A stretch of DNA of 64,000 bases from contig CM119270.1 in NCBI GenBank assembly GCA_051294375.1, positions 21,109,775 through 21,173,774 on the forward strand. The letters run 5' to 3'. Each line of letters begins with the position of its first letter. Position 1 is the stretch's first letter. Below, piece by piece: positions 12,514-26,595 of this stretch. The notes below the pieces were generated by a model. It saw nothing but the letters and a program-made list of their open reading frames with translations, had not been told where the DNA came from and did no database searches. The position numbers and the translations under genes are program-made. The DNA comes from Paraspadella gotoi (Eukaryota; Animalia; Chaetognatha).

Positions 12514-13077
12514 GCTGATGAACACGGATGTGGGATTTTTAGTCACCATAAAGGCAATACAAAAAAATTTGAAATAACTTGGTATATATCACGCTCGTGA
12601 TATCAGGTGGTTAAGATAAAGATGAAGATTTAGAAACTTGTATTTTATTATCAAAAATGTCCTAAGATCCTGTAAAAACTTTTGTTTTCAGTAGCAGGCG
12701 ATGCTACTTTTTGTATGGTCATACAAACGAACTAAAGATTGATCATGAGTTCTCGCCAACATTAGTCGACTCGACGATCGACAATAGAAATGACAAAAGA
12801 CAGACGAAATAACTAGTAAATAAATTTGTCCCACGTGTGAGGACGAACATTAAGTAATGTCAAAAAATAAGAGGTGAAAAGACAGAAAATAATAACAGAT
12901 AATATAACATGAATAATAAATAAATTAAATAATAAATATAAAAGCTTGTTTATTGTCTTTTCTTTGTCGTTGTGTAGTTAATATTTAAAAAAAGATTGGG
13001 GAAATTTTATATCGAAAACACAACGGTTTTTAATTCATAAGATGGTAAGTACAAAATTTGTGCAAAAAGGAGAGAGG

Positions 13078-13129
<52 letters not shown>

Positions 13130-14599
13130 CAGAGAGAAGACAAATGAAATAGAAGCTTTGCCTCTCTTCTAATTTTCTCTCTTTCTCTGTCTCTCTCTCT
13201 CTCTCCTTTTCTCTCTCTCTCTCTCTCTCCTTCTTTTACACAATTTCGCCACCATTTCAAAACTTTTTAACCGATATGAAGACTGACTCTTAACCAAGAG
13301 ATCCGAAACAAGTATGTTTTGCCTATGTAAATAAAATTGTTGTTTAAATAATTTTCTAAATATAAAAACTTATATTTATATTAAAAAAAAAAGTGAGTCA
13401 GATTTAAGCGGCTTTCTTTGTTTTTAGAAAAATTTTTTTAAAAAACATAAATGAGTTAAAGAGGAAAAAACAAAATATTTTTTACGGCAAAATATCTAAA
13501 GTACAAAATAAAATTTAACCGAATTTAAGAGAGGGCTACTATATTTATTAAAAAAACTACGAATTAATATTCGACTAATGTAAATAATTTTCAAAGATGA
13601 ATAACTGCTAATTTGATTCCAAACTTTACTTCACTCTAGTGGGCAGTGTGGGTTTTATAATTTAAGTCCTTAAGGAATCGCGTAAAAACTCCCGTTCCTA
13701 ACGGCCCGATAAATGTTTCCTAATATATTCTTCACGCATTGATTCTGTTTTATTTAATTTTGCCTTGAACAAACCTCGGGCCAATCGACTAGAAAGCGCA
13801 TATTTAATATTTTATTTATATTTAAAGAGTGTCTCGCGGGTGCCGGTCCATGCAAGACACGACCGTGGGCGTGGGACTCGACCGAGATGATATCTGGCTC
13901 CTGCCTCGCCCGTTTCCCGCGAAGCGAAACAAGATTCGAAACTTTGAAGAATATCCCGATTATTTTTAACGGACGTTATACGCTTTTTATAACATAGCGT
14001 TGGTGGTTTACTTTTAAAGTCATTTACATTTACTTTAATTTACATTTTAAAGTCATTTTTAATCGTTTTTTAATCCCCACGTTTTTAGTCTTTTTAAACT
14101 CGAAAAATGAAAATCGTTAATTTTCACGTCGCAAATTTTATTTGTTGCTAATAACTTACTCACCGTTCCCAAAATCCTATACGTCTTGATAAAGACTAAA
14201 AGTCACCAATGATAAGTACAACGAATCGAGAGGGCTACGAACAAAGAGAGTGTGAAAACTACAAACAGTTAAAACTAAAAAAGTAGTAAGAAGAGTAAAA
14301 CAACATTTTTGATTATGTTAAATGAGTTAAAACACTTGGCTGTTGTTATAATTAGTCTACGTAAGTTCCTTCAATTATCTAACTCATGAGAAGAAGAACA
14401 ACTGGACGGAAAGATCAGAAAAATTTAGACATGGAAAATATAAATTGTTCACATTCATCTCAACATCAAGTCAAGCGTGAATCATAAGATAGTTTTCGAT
14501 TTAATATTGCGAAAGTTCACTCTTGCATCCCATGTAGGGGTAATAAACATAACAAATTTAAATGCCTGGAGAACAAAAAGTCGAAAAATACCTTTGTCT

Positions 14600-15180
14600 C
14601 ATACCGATGAAAGTTTTTTGTTTTTGACCGGAAACTTCATCAGGCCCAACAAAAGCAAGTAGATACCAAACTTAACAAAGAAGTAAATCGTAATTTTAAA
14701 CTATTTTTTCGGAATAAATTGCCGCTAGGCTTCTTTCCATCAAGTAACATACAGTGAAGAAGGTAAAAAAAGAAAGGGTAAATAAAAAAGAAAAAAGAGT
14801 TCAATTGAGCGTAAACCGAAGATAATAAAGATCTACTCCTCCATGTATATCTCCTGGAATGGGCTCATCGTAGTCCAGTCGCGTCTTGCACAAATCCGTC
14901 GATCTCTGATCTGAATTTGTCCTTTTATTCCCGGCTCCACGAATAACCCAATAAGGTTGGCCAATGGTAACGTGGCAACGCATACAAAAAAGCGACCCAC
15001 ACGCGCGCAGACCATTCTCATAGCAATCACTTAAGCAATCAAATCTGTGTGGCCGCGTCTCTGGTGAGGAATATGCAAATAAATAAATGGGAACCAATTG
15101 CGAGAAATTTTGTTGTAAATGTTTACCCTTGATTCACTGTGATCAACGTCTTCATTATGGTGCGGTTTGCGTAAATAATA
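14600..15180 (-). pseudogene. Degraded BEL/Pao LTR-retrotransposon pol fragment (peptidase A17-like region)
   Basis: Adjacent frames give ...VATLPLANLIGLFVEPGIKGQIQIR / DLCKTRLDYDEPIPGDIHG, resembling the BEL/Pao motif DPLG...K..LQxLCK..LDWDEP(I/L)P. Many stops and frameshifts. Confidence 0.55.
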
Positions 15181-15384
15181 TAANNNNNNNNNNNNNNNNN
15201 NNNNNNNNTTCAAAAGACGCCGTCATCCTCGGTCCCTTTTAGCGTGACGTCGTTGCCAGCGTCACTTCTCTTGACCGACGACTTCGTGACCGTAACCCGC
15301 GCCACTCTCCTNNNNNNNNNNCAAACAAAAAAGATAACCTAATCACAAGCTTACAGTACAAACTCATTAACGCGATTTTTGCCA

Positions 15385-15585
15385 CAACTTATAATCAAGA
15401 CCTTTCACAAATGCAATCGAGCCCGTAACTTTTGCCCGGCAATCAGGACCACCCACAAATACAGTAAGGCCCATAACATTCCGCAAAATAAAGACGACGC
15501 ACAAATACAATCAAGCCCAAAACACTCGCTGCAATCAAGACCACACACAAATGCAATCAAGCCCACAACCTGTAACACAATCAGT
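15385..15585 (+). repeat. ~45-bp degenerate minisatellite (about 4 units)
   Basis: Recurring caatcaagaccacacacaaatgcaatcaagccc. Confidence 0.75.
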
Positions 15586-16539
15586 TTTACCCACAACCTT
15601 CTCCACCGACGATTTCCATCCTCGCGCATTTTATTCAAAGGAATCGTTAAAACTTCCATTAACGGAAATCTACGACGACGACGGAGACGACGACGACGAC
15701 CACGACGACCACGACGATGACAATGATAACAGATGACAATGACGACGACGACGACGAAAACGATGTCGAAGATGAAGAAAAGGGCTACGATGATGAAAAA
15801 GACAACATCGTCGACGACCGAAAAAAAATGGCAACGAAGATGACAAAATTATGACAATGAGGACGACAACAATACGATAACTATTGGAGGCGGCAGAAAA
15901 GAAATAACGAACGACGACGACAACGACGATGACGACAACAACGACGACGATGTAAACACTTTGGTAAGGAATCTTGTTTCATCACTCACAAGGATGGTTT
16001 TCAACCCCACCTATCCATTCAGCTGAACTCATTGCCTCACAGGCCAAGAGAACATTTTGTTAAAATAATATCAAGACGCCTTTGTCTTCGCTTCCCTCTG
16101 TTCCAACCGTCCTGATTTACCGATTACCCCTTCCCACCCCGCACATCCGACCTTCCTTCTCTACGCCCTTCCCTATCCCTACCATCTTCCTCTCTTTCCC
16201 AGCTTATCCCTCGACTCGCTGGACAGATCCCGATGTCGCCAGGATCCTACAAGCCCTTTTCATTCTCTCGATCACGCGGAATTCACGCATTCGTCAATTT
16301 GTCGACTGATCGATTTCGCGGTAACCGATTTCGTGAGCGAAAGAACCGGCTACAACCTGGTCTGTATTAGAATCAGTGGAAGAAGTCACGTGATAAGAGA
16401 GAGAGGTACGAGTTACAGTAAATCGAGTTTGATGCTAAAAGTTCTAAAATGTTCGAGCGTTGACGTTAAAGGATCACGTCGTGAAGTGTGTACGGCTTAA
16501 AAAATTTATAAATTGTAATATTGTATTGATAGAGCCGGC

Positions 16540-16945
16540 TCCTCGGGAGTTTATTAAATCTTAGACAGGAAGAAGATCTCGATTGAAAGCTTGCAAAGAC
16601 TTGCTGTTTTGTGATCTTGTAAGATGGATGGATGACTTAACTTATTGTTTGAAGTCAAAAGAGAAGATAGATTATTTATTATCTTTTCACACATTTGAAA
16701 TATTCTTATAAATATTATGCTACTTCATTGTTAGAGAAGCCAGGTACTGGGGGAGTGAATAAACGAGACTGTGATAAAGTCTTGATTGAAAGCTTGCAGG
16801 GACCTGATTTTGTCATTATCTTGTAAGAGTGATGGAGGCCTTAAACCACCAAAGCCTGTCCAAAGTCAGGGGCAAGATAGCTTATTTATTAAATGAATGG
16901 GTAATTTTTCTATTAGATAAATTTTATATTGGTTGTACCGATTTT
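16540..16945 (+). mobile_element. Tandem pair of family A repeats (degenerate ~16540-16690, intact ~16694-16945)
   Basis: gattgaaagcttgca..gac...atcttgtaag...gatgga...cttaa...aagtca...aagatag occurs twice, about 200-205 nt apart. Confidence 0.75.
16817..16879 (+). ncRNA. Twister-like ribozyme, type P5 (family A, best copy)
   Basis: P5 UAUCUUGU(16817-24)/GCAAGAUA(16872-79); GA 16831-32; T1 UGGA(16833-36)/UCCA(16859-62); P1 palindrome GGCC; U16842^AA; T2 AC(16848-49)/GU(16865-66); P4 CCUG/CAGG; AA in L4. P2 (GAGU/ACC) is weak. Confidence 0.8.
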
Positions 16946-17654
16946 ATGCGCAGGTTGTCTGAAAGAGTCACGTGACTTAAAATTGATTGACACCTGGTTG
17001 CCAGTAATAAAAAGGCTGATGGGTAACGACTCCGGAAGGTAAGGGAATAAGGGGGAATGGGGTAAGGTATGTGGGTGCGTCGAAAAATCTCTCGATTCGG
17101 AGCGACGGAAAAACTTTGGATTTCTAAATAAATTTTTGTGGTCACGGAATATTTAATTAGTTTGATAAAGATGTTTATATTGTTAAATTGAACGTAAATA
17201 GGAGGGGAAAATTTCAAAGTCTGTTGGGCAAAGTTTCGGAGAAAGCTTATTGTAGTGACAGCAAGCTTATCATAGTGACGGGTAGCTTATCATTCTGACA
17301 GGAAGCTTATCATCGTGACAGCAAGCTTGGATTAGTTCCGTGAAGCAGCGAGCAAAAGCTTTAACGAATGGGACGCGATCTGCCAGATTTCTGTGGCAGA
17401 TTTTATTTTTTAGTTGCCAGATGTTTGTGAAATTCAAAGTGATAATTTGATTAATTCTGTCCATAGATTTTATTCGTTCTTTGTGAAGGAATTTTGTCAC
17501 AGAGATTGAGTGAAAGTTCACAGTATTTTTTGTGACGGCCTCACCGGAGAGCGGATGAGCCGTGAATGACAAATTGTGAATCGGTGAATAAACGACGCCG
17601 ACGACGCCTCGGGTTGAAAAGGTTTCTGGGCTTGTGGTGGACTGAAGGGTTTGG

Positions 17655-19557
17655 TTCACAGGTTCTTGGTGTCATCTTCATCATTCGAATTCACTAGTTC
17701 ATTGTCGTTTCTCTCAATGTTTACTTTCTATAAGAAGTTATTTCTTTTTCTTTGTCTTTTACAAGTTCTGGTCTTAGATCAATCTTCTCGCACTTTAACG
17801 ATTTCAGCCTTTGCGGTTATGAGAGATTCATTGTGCTCAACATTAGCCTTATTGTCCACCGCACCTTCCAATTCACTGTCTCCTACATTGTCCACAACGT
17901 TGGCGTCATTGTCCACCACATTTTCCGCTTTATTGTCTTCTACATTGTCCACAACGTTGGCGGCAATGTCCACCACTTCCTTAACGTTATTGTCCTCTAC
18001 ATCGTAAACAACATCGGGGTCATTGTCCACCACATTTCCATTCATTGTTCAAAACACCGACCACTACACTTCTTCTCCATCGCCCACAGTTTCGCCCACA
18101 GTTTCCTCCACTCATAACCACATCCGCGTCATAATCTCCAAATTCTCTTCCTCTTCCTCTCCCTATTCCCGTCACGCCAAAGTTCCATCTCGGCTTCGGC
18201 CAAAAGACGAATTATTTCCTCTCCTATTTTCTTGGAGTCTCCTTCAAGGTAGCAGGGTCGCTGGATGCAAGCGAGGCTTGCTTGGCTTCCTTAGCTGCCT
18301 TTGCTTGCTCACGTTGGAGCGATCTTCATTGGAGGCATCGTCGTTTTCATCTGCAACGCAGTCAACTCCTTCTCTTCATCCGTTTCCGAATTCTCCATGA
18401 TTGGTTCCAAAATCATGAAAGGCTCATTCTGCAATCGATTCTGTCGTTGATCTTCAATATGATTTTCATATAAGTCCTCCAGCCTGTTTCTCTCCTGCTG
18501 CTCCTGCTGTTGCTCATTTCCCTGCGGCTGCTGCTGTATTATTCCTCTCTTGAACAGTTTTGTTTTGTTTCCATCAAATCGAGTCTATTTAAAGATGCTG
18601 CAGATGATTTTCCAATTGATCCGCATTCACTTGAGTAATTTTCTCTCTTCGATCTTCGGACGATTCAAATGTGCCAGCTTCTTCCAAGTGCAATAGCTTG
18701 GCTTCATCCAAAGTCTCGATGGTTGAACACCGTTCATCTGCAACGGGATTTTTACCATCAACGGCTGCCATCCGCGATTGCCTACCATTCCCAACGCCTC
18801 TATCTGCAATCTCCTCCTCTCCACGGTCCCCATCGGCAATCGCCTTCACATCCACAACGTCCTCCATCTGCAATCGCCTCTCCTCTTCAAACGGACTCCA
18901 TCTGCAATCTCTCTCACATCCTCAACTCCTCCATATGCAATCGCCTCCAATCATCCTCTTCTCCTCCACCATCTCCCACAACCAACGACTTTCGATCTTC
19001 GATCAAATCCCTGACGACGGAGAGCGACTCAAGCCGCAGGACGCCGCAGCGCAGCGCCTCGAAGCTGCGTCGAATTTCGGGCGGAGAGGCGACGATTGAC
19101 TGTGGGACGGAGGGGTCGTTGGCGTTGGCGTTGTCGTTGGCGTTGTCGTCGTTGTTGGCGTTGGAGTTGGCGTTGTTTGAATCATCGTCGCGTCCTCCGT
19201 GTTCTAATTGACGCCAAAAGTTGATGGAAACGAAAGGCCGCCGCCCCGCCCGCCGCTGCTCTCTCCACCGCCCCCTCTCTCCCCTCCTTCCTCCCCTCTT
19301 CTTCTTCTTCCTCCTCCCTCTCGTCTCCACTTCGACTCTCTCTTCCTCGTCTTCGTCTGAATGAAAATCTCGTCGCCTCCGAGAAACCGAATCGAATCTC
19401 GGAGAGAAACTCTTCTATTTCTGGGGGAGAGATGGAGGAGGAGGAGGGAGAGGGAGAGAGAGAGGGGGAGAAGGGGGAGGAGGAGAGGTGGGGGTGGTGA
19501 GAGGGTGGCGGCGTGGTAGTCGTCGTCGTCGTCGTCGTAATTCTCCGGTTCTGACAT
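17655..19557 (-). pseudogene. Truncated, frameshifted inverted copy of the 33769-36117 ORF (probably an assembly duplicate)
   Basis: Same peptides in broken frames (MSEPENYDDD, FWRQLEHGG, ETLDEAKLLHLEE, VVDN repeats). It ends abruptly at a chimeric junction at 17654/17655. Confidence 0.85.
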
Positions 19558-22500
19558 CGCGCGTCGCTTGTCGAAGATCGACTTTCGAATTAAAGAAAGA
19601 AGGAAACAGATTTTTCCTTTTCTTTGATACGAAACATCGATTATTCGCTGTACGCGGTGTCCACTGTACAGCGAGGTGGATTAAAGCGGCGAGGGAATTT
19701 CGGTTGCGACGAGGAATGACTGCATTACAGTCGAGGTCGGTTTTAACGGCGCCGGGAATCGAAAGAGTTTTTTTGTATCCAAATCGATGTTGGAAAAAAA
19801 ATCTAATTTTGACGGACAAATTATTTTTAAAAGTTTGGGTTGTCCAGCTTTTAATCTGTTTAAAAAGAACAAATTAGTTAGTTAAAATTGTGATTAAAGC
19901 ACATTTATACAAGCTAACACTGTTAGTCCATTATGGTTTACTTTAGTTGATGGCGCAGGAAACTGTTCGTTGGTTTGACATGACACACTGATATTAAACA
20001 TAATTTTTAAACAATATTAAATGACAACTTGTTTCTTCAGAACTCGACAGATGTTCATTAATTGATTTGATTTCACGTAATTTTATTAGTCTGTATTTCT
20101 TTATCTTATTTATTTTTATTTACTTAATTCTTTATTCAAGGTTTTGTTTTGCTTTGGATGGTCAAATCTTGATCTTAACTACACGAATTTCGTTTATTCT
20201 TTCTTCAATAACCAAATGTTATTCTGATCGGATTCCGATTCTTTCTCGGCGCCGATATTTCTCTTTGCTCTGCGGCCGAGAGAATTAAAAGCCGGATTTT
20301 GATCGGCGGCCGAAAATCCTTTGACCGTGAATGGACCGGTGAATGGAGGTCACTCGAGCGAATGAATGGAATGAATGAATTCTCGGGACGGAGGAAGAAG
20401 GAATGCCGGTCAAAGAAAGATAACATCTCTGTGATTCGTCACAGTCACTCAAAGCGTCGTCGTCGTTGTTGTTGTAGTTTTTCACCTTCGAATCGCCTTC
20501 ACCTCTCACGGGCGAAAGAATTGTGAGGGGAAAAGTGAAAGGTGATCACTTAAGCTGTATTCATACTACTTTTATAATTTGTGACAAATGCTTCAGTCTG
20601 GTCATAACCGTCAATTTCTGTTTACTTGGGTCCGTTTATATGCTCTTCTTTTTCTGTACCGTTTCTTTTATCATCTCTTATTCGCTTTCTCTCTGTTTCG
20701 ATTTTGTTCCGTTCCGTTTCTGTTCTTTCGTTTCCGCTTCTGTTCATTTGTTTTCGCTTCTGTTCTTTTTAAATCCGCTTCTGTTCTGTTTGTTCTGCGC
20801 ATGAGCAGAAGCGCGCAATCCGCTTATTTAAGGGGACGCGTGATCGAAATTCGCCCGCGCAAAAATGAGGATAACGAATTTGCGAAAAAAAGTCACGAAC
20901 GCAAAGATGCAAATTAGTTAATGCGGATTAAAATTTTTTGCCCCTGATTTTTTTCTTAATCGAACCGTTTCTTCGTCCATTTGAAGCAAGAATGAAGAAA
21001 ATGAGAAAAATTAGAGATTAGTCTAGTTATTTTCTTTTTATAAGCAAATTTTTTTCTGGATGCTTTCAGTTTTAAAACTTCTATGAATTCAAAATTCAGA
21101 AAAGTTTTTTGTCTGTATATCAGTCAGGTTTTGTTAAATCATGAAAGAATCTAGAAAAATGCAAACTAGTAGATAAAGTAGATAAAATCTAATAATCTTG
21201 CATAATAAATACCTGAGAAATAAAAGTTAAGCTTAACTCAATTAAATATTTCACATTAATAAACATCCAAATACAAAAAAAGACAGAGCATTAAATCACG
21301 TAGTCAAAATGTCATCGATAATAAACATAAACGATTCTTTTTCTTTAGTTTTAAACTTCACAAAAACATAAGAAAATAAAGTCCCAGTGAGAGGCTGAGG
21401 CGTTTACCTCCTTCATTCATTCACTACTCCCTTAATTACTGCTAGTTAAAGGGTAGAGAAATATTCAAATTCGTCGGAGGTCAGACACCAGAAACTTTCA
21501 TTTTGCTCTCTTTATTTTTAGTCTCTCTCTCTCTTCTCTCTCTCTCTCTTCTCTCTTTCTCTTCTCTTCCCTTTTCACAGATATCAAACTGGGAGCAATA
21601 TTCTTCATTCTTTGTCCTGTCTTTCCAGTCGGCAGCAGCTGGATGCAAATTGATTGAAAGCATCTCAACCCACTCATGTCACCCTCCTTTAAAAATTCGC
21701 CCAAAAAATCTCGGATCGAATTTTAAAATTGAACTGAATCTTTAATCGAACGGTGAATCGTAAATTTGATGAACAAACCGTAAACCATGAAAAAAAAACG
21801 GTAAACGATGAATGCAAGAAAAATATATATATATATACAAACATAAACAATCTTAAACCGGATTCGGGTCCTTGTTAAAATCTCCCGCGGATGAGCGATG
21901 GCGACCGAAGCGGAAAAATACAAACAAAAAAAAGAAATTAAGAAAACGATTTATTATTAAGTTCGAGGAAAATTTTAATTTTTTAAAAATCGAAAAAAAA
22001 GTTACGGCTTTGTCGAAAAAAATAGAGTCGTTTTAAGTTTGTTGTTATTGTTTTTTATTTTGAAGGACAATAAATTGAAAAGAAAAGAGCAAAGAAAAGG
22101 AAAGGAAATTAGGACTAAACAAAGAAGAAGATAGAAAGGAAAGAATGGAAAAGAAAGAAAGAAAGAGAAAAAGAAAAGAAGAAAAGAAAGAAAGGAAGGA
22201 AGCGGATCGTCTCCAACCGCGCGATAAACGAAGACTCACATCGTCTTCTCTCTTTGACGTCGCGCGACATCTTTAATGACATCAGGAATGTTCAACCTCG
22301 ATCATGTCATCTCTCGTGACATCAGGAATGACATTACTAATGACATTCGAATCCCAAAATCGAAATGACATTGAGATGTGAATTGCCAATCGGTTATACG
22401 TGAGTCAGTGAATCCGTGAGACGTAAAACAACCTGATTCAACTCGAAGACGGGAAGGGAAAGTGAAATTCAGTTCGGACGAAACCGAGTTCCGAGACCTG

Positions 22501-24263
22501 GGCCGGGCTTGATCCGTTTTTAGGGGCTGGGGTTGGGCCCTGAGGGTCGGGCCTGAGCCATTAAGGGCTGAAGGGCAAGAGGAACATCGGGAGATCGAAC
22601 GGCTTCACTGCAGATTAATCAACGGGTATAATTAGGAGATATATTTGCTCAAAGAGATTTTTCTACAAATTGAATTTTTTCTTCTCTTCTTTTTTCGGTC
22701 GACAATATTAAATGTTTTTATTAATAATTGTAATGTTTTAAACGACGGATGGCAGCTTCATCTCACTCGTAATTTTTGGAGAAAGAAAACGCCCTGTGTT
22801 CTTTTTATGTCGTTGTTCACATTAGAAACAAAATTGTTATCTTTGTTATAATAATATTGTTATTCTTTCTTCTTACCTTTTTTTCCGCGCTTTTAAAAGG
22901 TGTTTTTCGATGAATTAAAATTGTCGTTTATACAAAAAAAACTTTTCATTGTTTAAAACGTCTTATTTTTTAACCATTCATCCCGTGCTCCGATTAATAA
23001 AACGGAACATTAAAGTAGTTTAGCGTTTTTCTCCCCCCATTTTTTTAGGCTTTAACTTAGGGATTACGGGTCTTTCTTTCTTTTTTTTTTTTGAAAAGGA
23101 TGTTTACATTGGCTTCTCTCTTTATGAACTGACAGCGAACTTCCTTATTAAAACTTTTCGATCTCTTTGGGAAAAAATTGAAAAAAGAAATGCAGGAGTT
23201 CGTTTTTAATTCTTTAGCGATGACGATGAAGATGACGATGACAAAAGATGACAAAGATGACGATGACGAAGATGAGAAGGTGACGACGAAGACGACGAGA
23301 CGACGACGATGACGACGACGATGACGACATGGTGACAGTGACACTGAAAAGTGATGACTACGAAAACTTTTTTTTAGAAAAATCACGACAATGACGATTT
23401 TGTTAACAACGAATATATATATATAATAATTTTAAACAGACAATAAAAATTGACGATTATGAAGACGACAATGATGACGAAGATGACAAATTTAAGAAAA
23501 AAACGATGAAATTATTATTTTTTTAGAAAAAAAAGAAAAAAAAGAGGACAAAGATGTCGAAGAAGATGATCAGGAAGAATAAGAAAGACGAAGTCGATAT
23601 AACGACACTGAATTCCGGAAGTTGACGACGACGACGACGACGATGACGATGACGACGACAATGACGACGAGATCGCTAGGAGGTGAAATTAGAGGAAGTC
23701 GTCGGTGATCAAGAGACGTGAATGAAGACGAACAACCGACGATGAGACGACGCGACGACGACGAACGCGACGACGACCACAAAGAGGCGGCGGCGCGGCG
23801 CGGCGTCGGCGGCGCGGCGGCGGCGGCGAAACGTCCTTCCAAAATTTGTCTCTTTTTTCCGGAAAAATTAAAAAAAAAAAGTATTTTTTTCTTCGACAAA
23901 AATGAATTTTGTTTTGTCGGGCAAAACTGAATTTTTTGTCGGGCAAACTGATTTTTTGTCGGCTAATCTCTCGACAGAGTTTTTAAGGCAGATCTCGAAA
24001 ATGATCGCGAGAATAAATCATAGTGACCGCCGATGACGACGACGACGACGACGACGACGACGATTACAATCGATGGAAGAGGAAAGACGGAGGACGACAA
24101 CGACCAACGACGACGATTGATGAGGAAGACGACGACGACGACGACGACGAGCACAATGTAAGTGGGAGGGAGAAAAGAAAATGGGCAGCGCATTCTTCCT
24201 TTGATGAGGCATGGGCATGGGAGTGAGAAGAGAGAGGTAGAGGGAAGAGAGAGAGAGAGAGAG

Positions 24264-24301
<38 letters not shown>

Positions 24302-25028
24302 GACAAGTGTAAATAGCAAACCAGGAGGCTTCCTTTTATTCCTTTATATTTTTTTCCTTCTTTTTCCCGAGTTTTCCCTTTTCCTCAGAAGAAAAGGTGT
24401 GTTTCCGATGTTCATGTTTTTTCGGTGTGGGGAATTGTCTTTTGGTTATTTGTGGTCGAATCAGCGTTTGTGGCCTCCTTTTGTTCTTGGTGTCACCGGT
24501 TTAAGAAAAACAGCCTTCTTTATCTTTCTTTTCTTTTAGGTTTGTCTTATCTTTTGTTTATCTTTGTCATTGTTAATGAGTGTGTCTTTGCATCGTTGTC
24601 TTTCTCTTTGGTCATTGTCTTTCATTTTGTCATCGACTTTGTCATTGTCTTAGTATTATTGTCAGTTTTCCGAATCGTTTTATTTGTTTCAAAAGTCATG
24701 AATGACGCCTTCGTCAGTCAGTCAAGAAAGTGTCATCTTAGTCGCGATGTCATAAAATGTCATTCTCATCGCTATCATCATATCATAAAATATCACCCGT
24801 GTTTCCGATCGTTAACGTGTCGTCGTGTCGTCGTCGTCTCGTCGTCGTCGCGTCGTTCGTCGTCGTCGTCTTCGTCGTCGCAGGTGAGTTTTCGTCCAAC
24901 TGGACTCTTTTTGTGACCCGAGGTGAGTCAGGCGGGTTTGGGTAAGTGAGATTTTCACTTTATTTCGACGTCTTTGTCATTGAATTCTCAGGTACAACAA
25001 TGTCATTATCGTGATCATCATCATTCAT

Positions 25029-25064
<36 letters not shown>

Positions 25065-25578
25065 GTCATCGTCGTCGTCGTCTCGTCATCGTCTTCATTA
25101 TCGTCGTCGTGGTCGACGTTTATTTTTATTTTTAAATTTTAATAGAACGCTCGAAATACTCTTGCCATTTTACTTGTTAGTTACTAACGATTTTCACTTG
25201 ATTGTTTTTCCTCATGTTTATTGTTCCAATCATGGTATATAGCTTTGTATTTAATCGAATTTTTTTTAAAATTTTTTTTCCGTGTCTACTGTTTCCTTTC
25301 GTGTTTTCTCTCTTTTTTAATTGCGAAAAACCCGTTTTTTTAAATTAGAAAAAATACAATATATAAAAATCGCGCAGACGAGGGATTGTATTATTTTAAT
25401 CCTGTTCTTAATAAAAAAATCAAATTAATGAGTTAGGACGTTCATCGATTAATGAGACCGATTTCTTTTAAACCTTCAATTAATATGGTTTTAATCTCTC
25501 ATCGACCCCATCATTCCACCTGCAATTTCCATTTCTCTCTCTCCTTCCTCTCTCTCTCTCTCTCTCTCGTCTCTCTCT

Positions 25579-25636
<58 letters not shown>

Positions 25637-25661
25637 NNNNNNNNNNNNNNNNNNNNNNNNN

Positions 25662-26113
25662 GTCGATTAGAATTAAAACCAATATTAATTGAAGGTTTAA
25701 AAGAAATCGGTCTCATTCGATGAGATACGTCCTAACTCATTAATTTGATTTTTATTAAGAACAGGATAAAATAATACAATCCCTCGTCTGCGCGATTTAT
25801 ATATTGTATTTTTTCTAATTTAAAAAACGGGTTTTTCGCAATTAAAAAAAGAGAGAAAACACGAAAGGAAACAGTAGACACGGAAAAAAACCGTGTCTAC
25901 TGTTTCCTTTGTGTTTTCTCTCTTTTTTTTAATTGCGAAAAACCCGTTTTTTAAATTAGAAAAAATACAATATATAAATCGCGCAGACGAGGGATTGTAT
26001 TATTTTAATCCTGTTCTTAATAAAAAATCAAATTAATGAGTTAGGACGTATCTCATCGAATGAGACCGATTTCTTTTAAACCTTCAATTAATATTGGTTT
26101 TAATTCTATCGAC
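25662..26113. repeat. Near-perfect ~450-bp palindrome with 7-nt A loop, beside an N gap
   Basis: gtagacacgg-aaaaaaa-ccgtgtctac at 25874-25900. The right arm is also a direct repeat of ~25280-25530. Confidence 0.9.
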
Positions 26114-26159
26114 CTCATTCCACCTGCAATTCATTCTCTTCTCTCTCTCTCTCCTTCTC

Positions 26160-26215
<56 letters not shown>

Positions 26216-26595
26216 TCTCTCTCCAAACCCTTCAGTCCACCACAAGCCCAGAAACCTTTCAACCCGAGGCGTCGTCGGCGTCGTTTTTCACCGATTCACA
26301 ATTTGTCATTCAGGCTCATCCGCTCTCCGGTGAGGCCGTCACAAAAATACTGTGAACTTTCACTCAATCTCTGTGACAAAAATTCCTTCACAAAGAACGA
26401 ATAAAATCTATGGACAGAATTAATCAAATTATCACTTTGAATTCACAAACATCTGGCAACTAAAAAATAAATCTGCCACAGAAATCGGGCAGATCGCGTC
26501 CCATTCGTTAAAGCTTTTGCTCGCTGCTTCACGGAACTAATCCAAGCTTGCTGTCACGATGATAAGCTTCTGTCAGAATGATAAGCTACCCGTCA

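Noticed and set aside
13270-13318. Hammerhead-like remnant (ctctt-aacc-aagag...cgaaac)
   Set aside because: The CUGANGA core is not intact in the right position.
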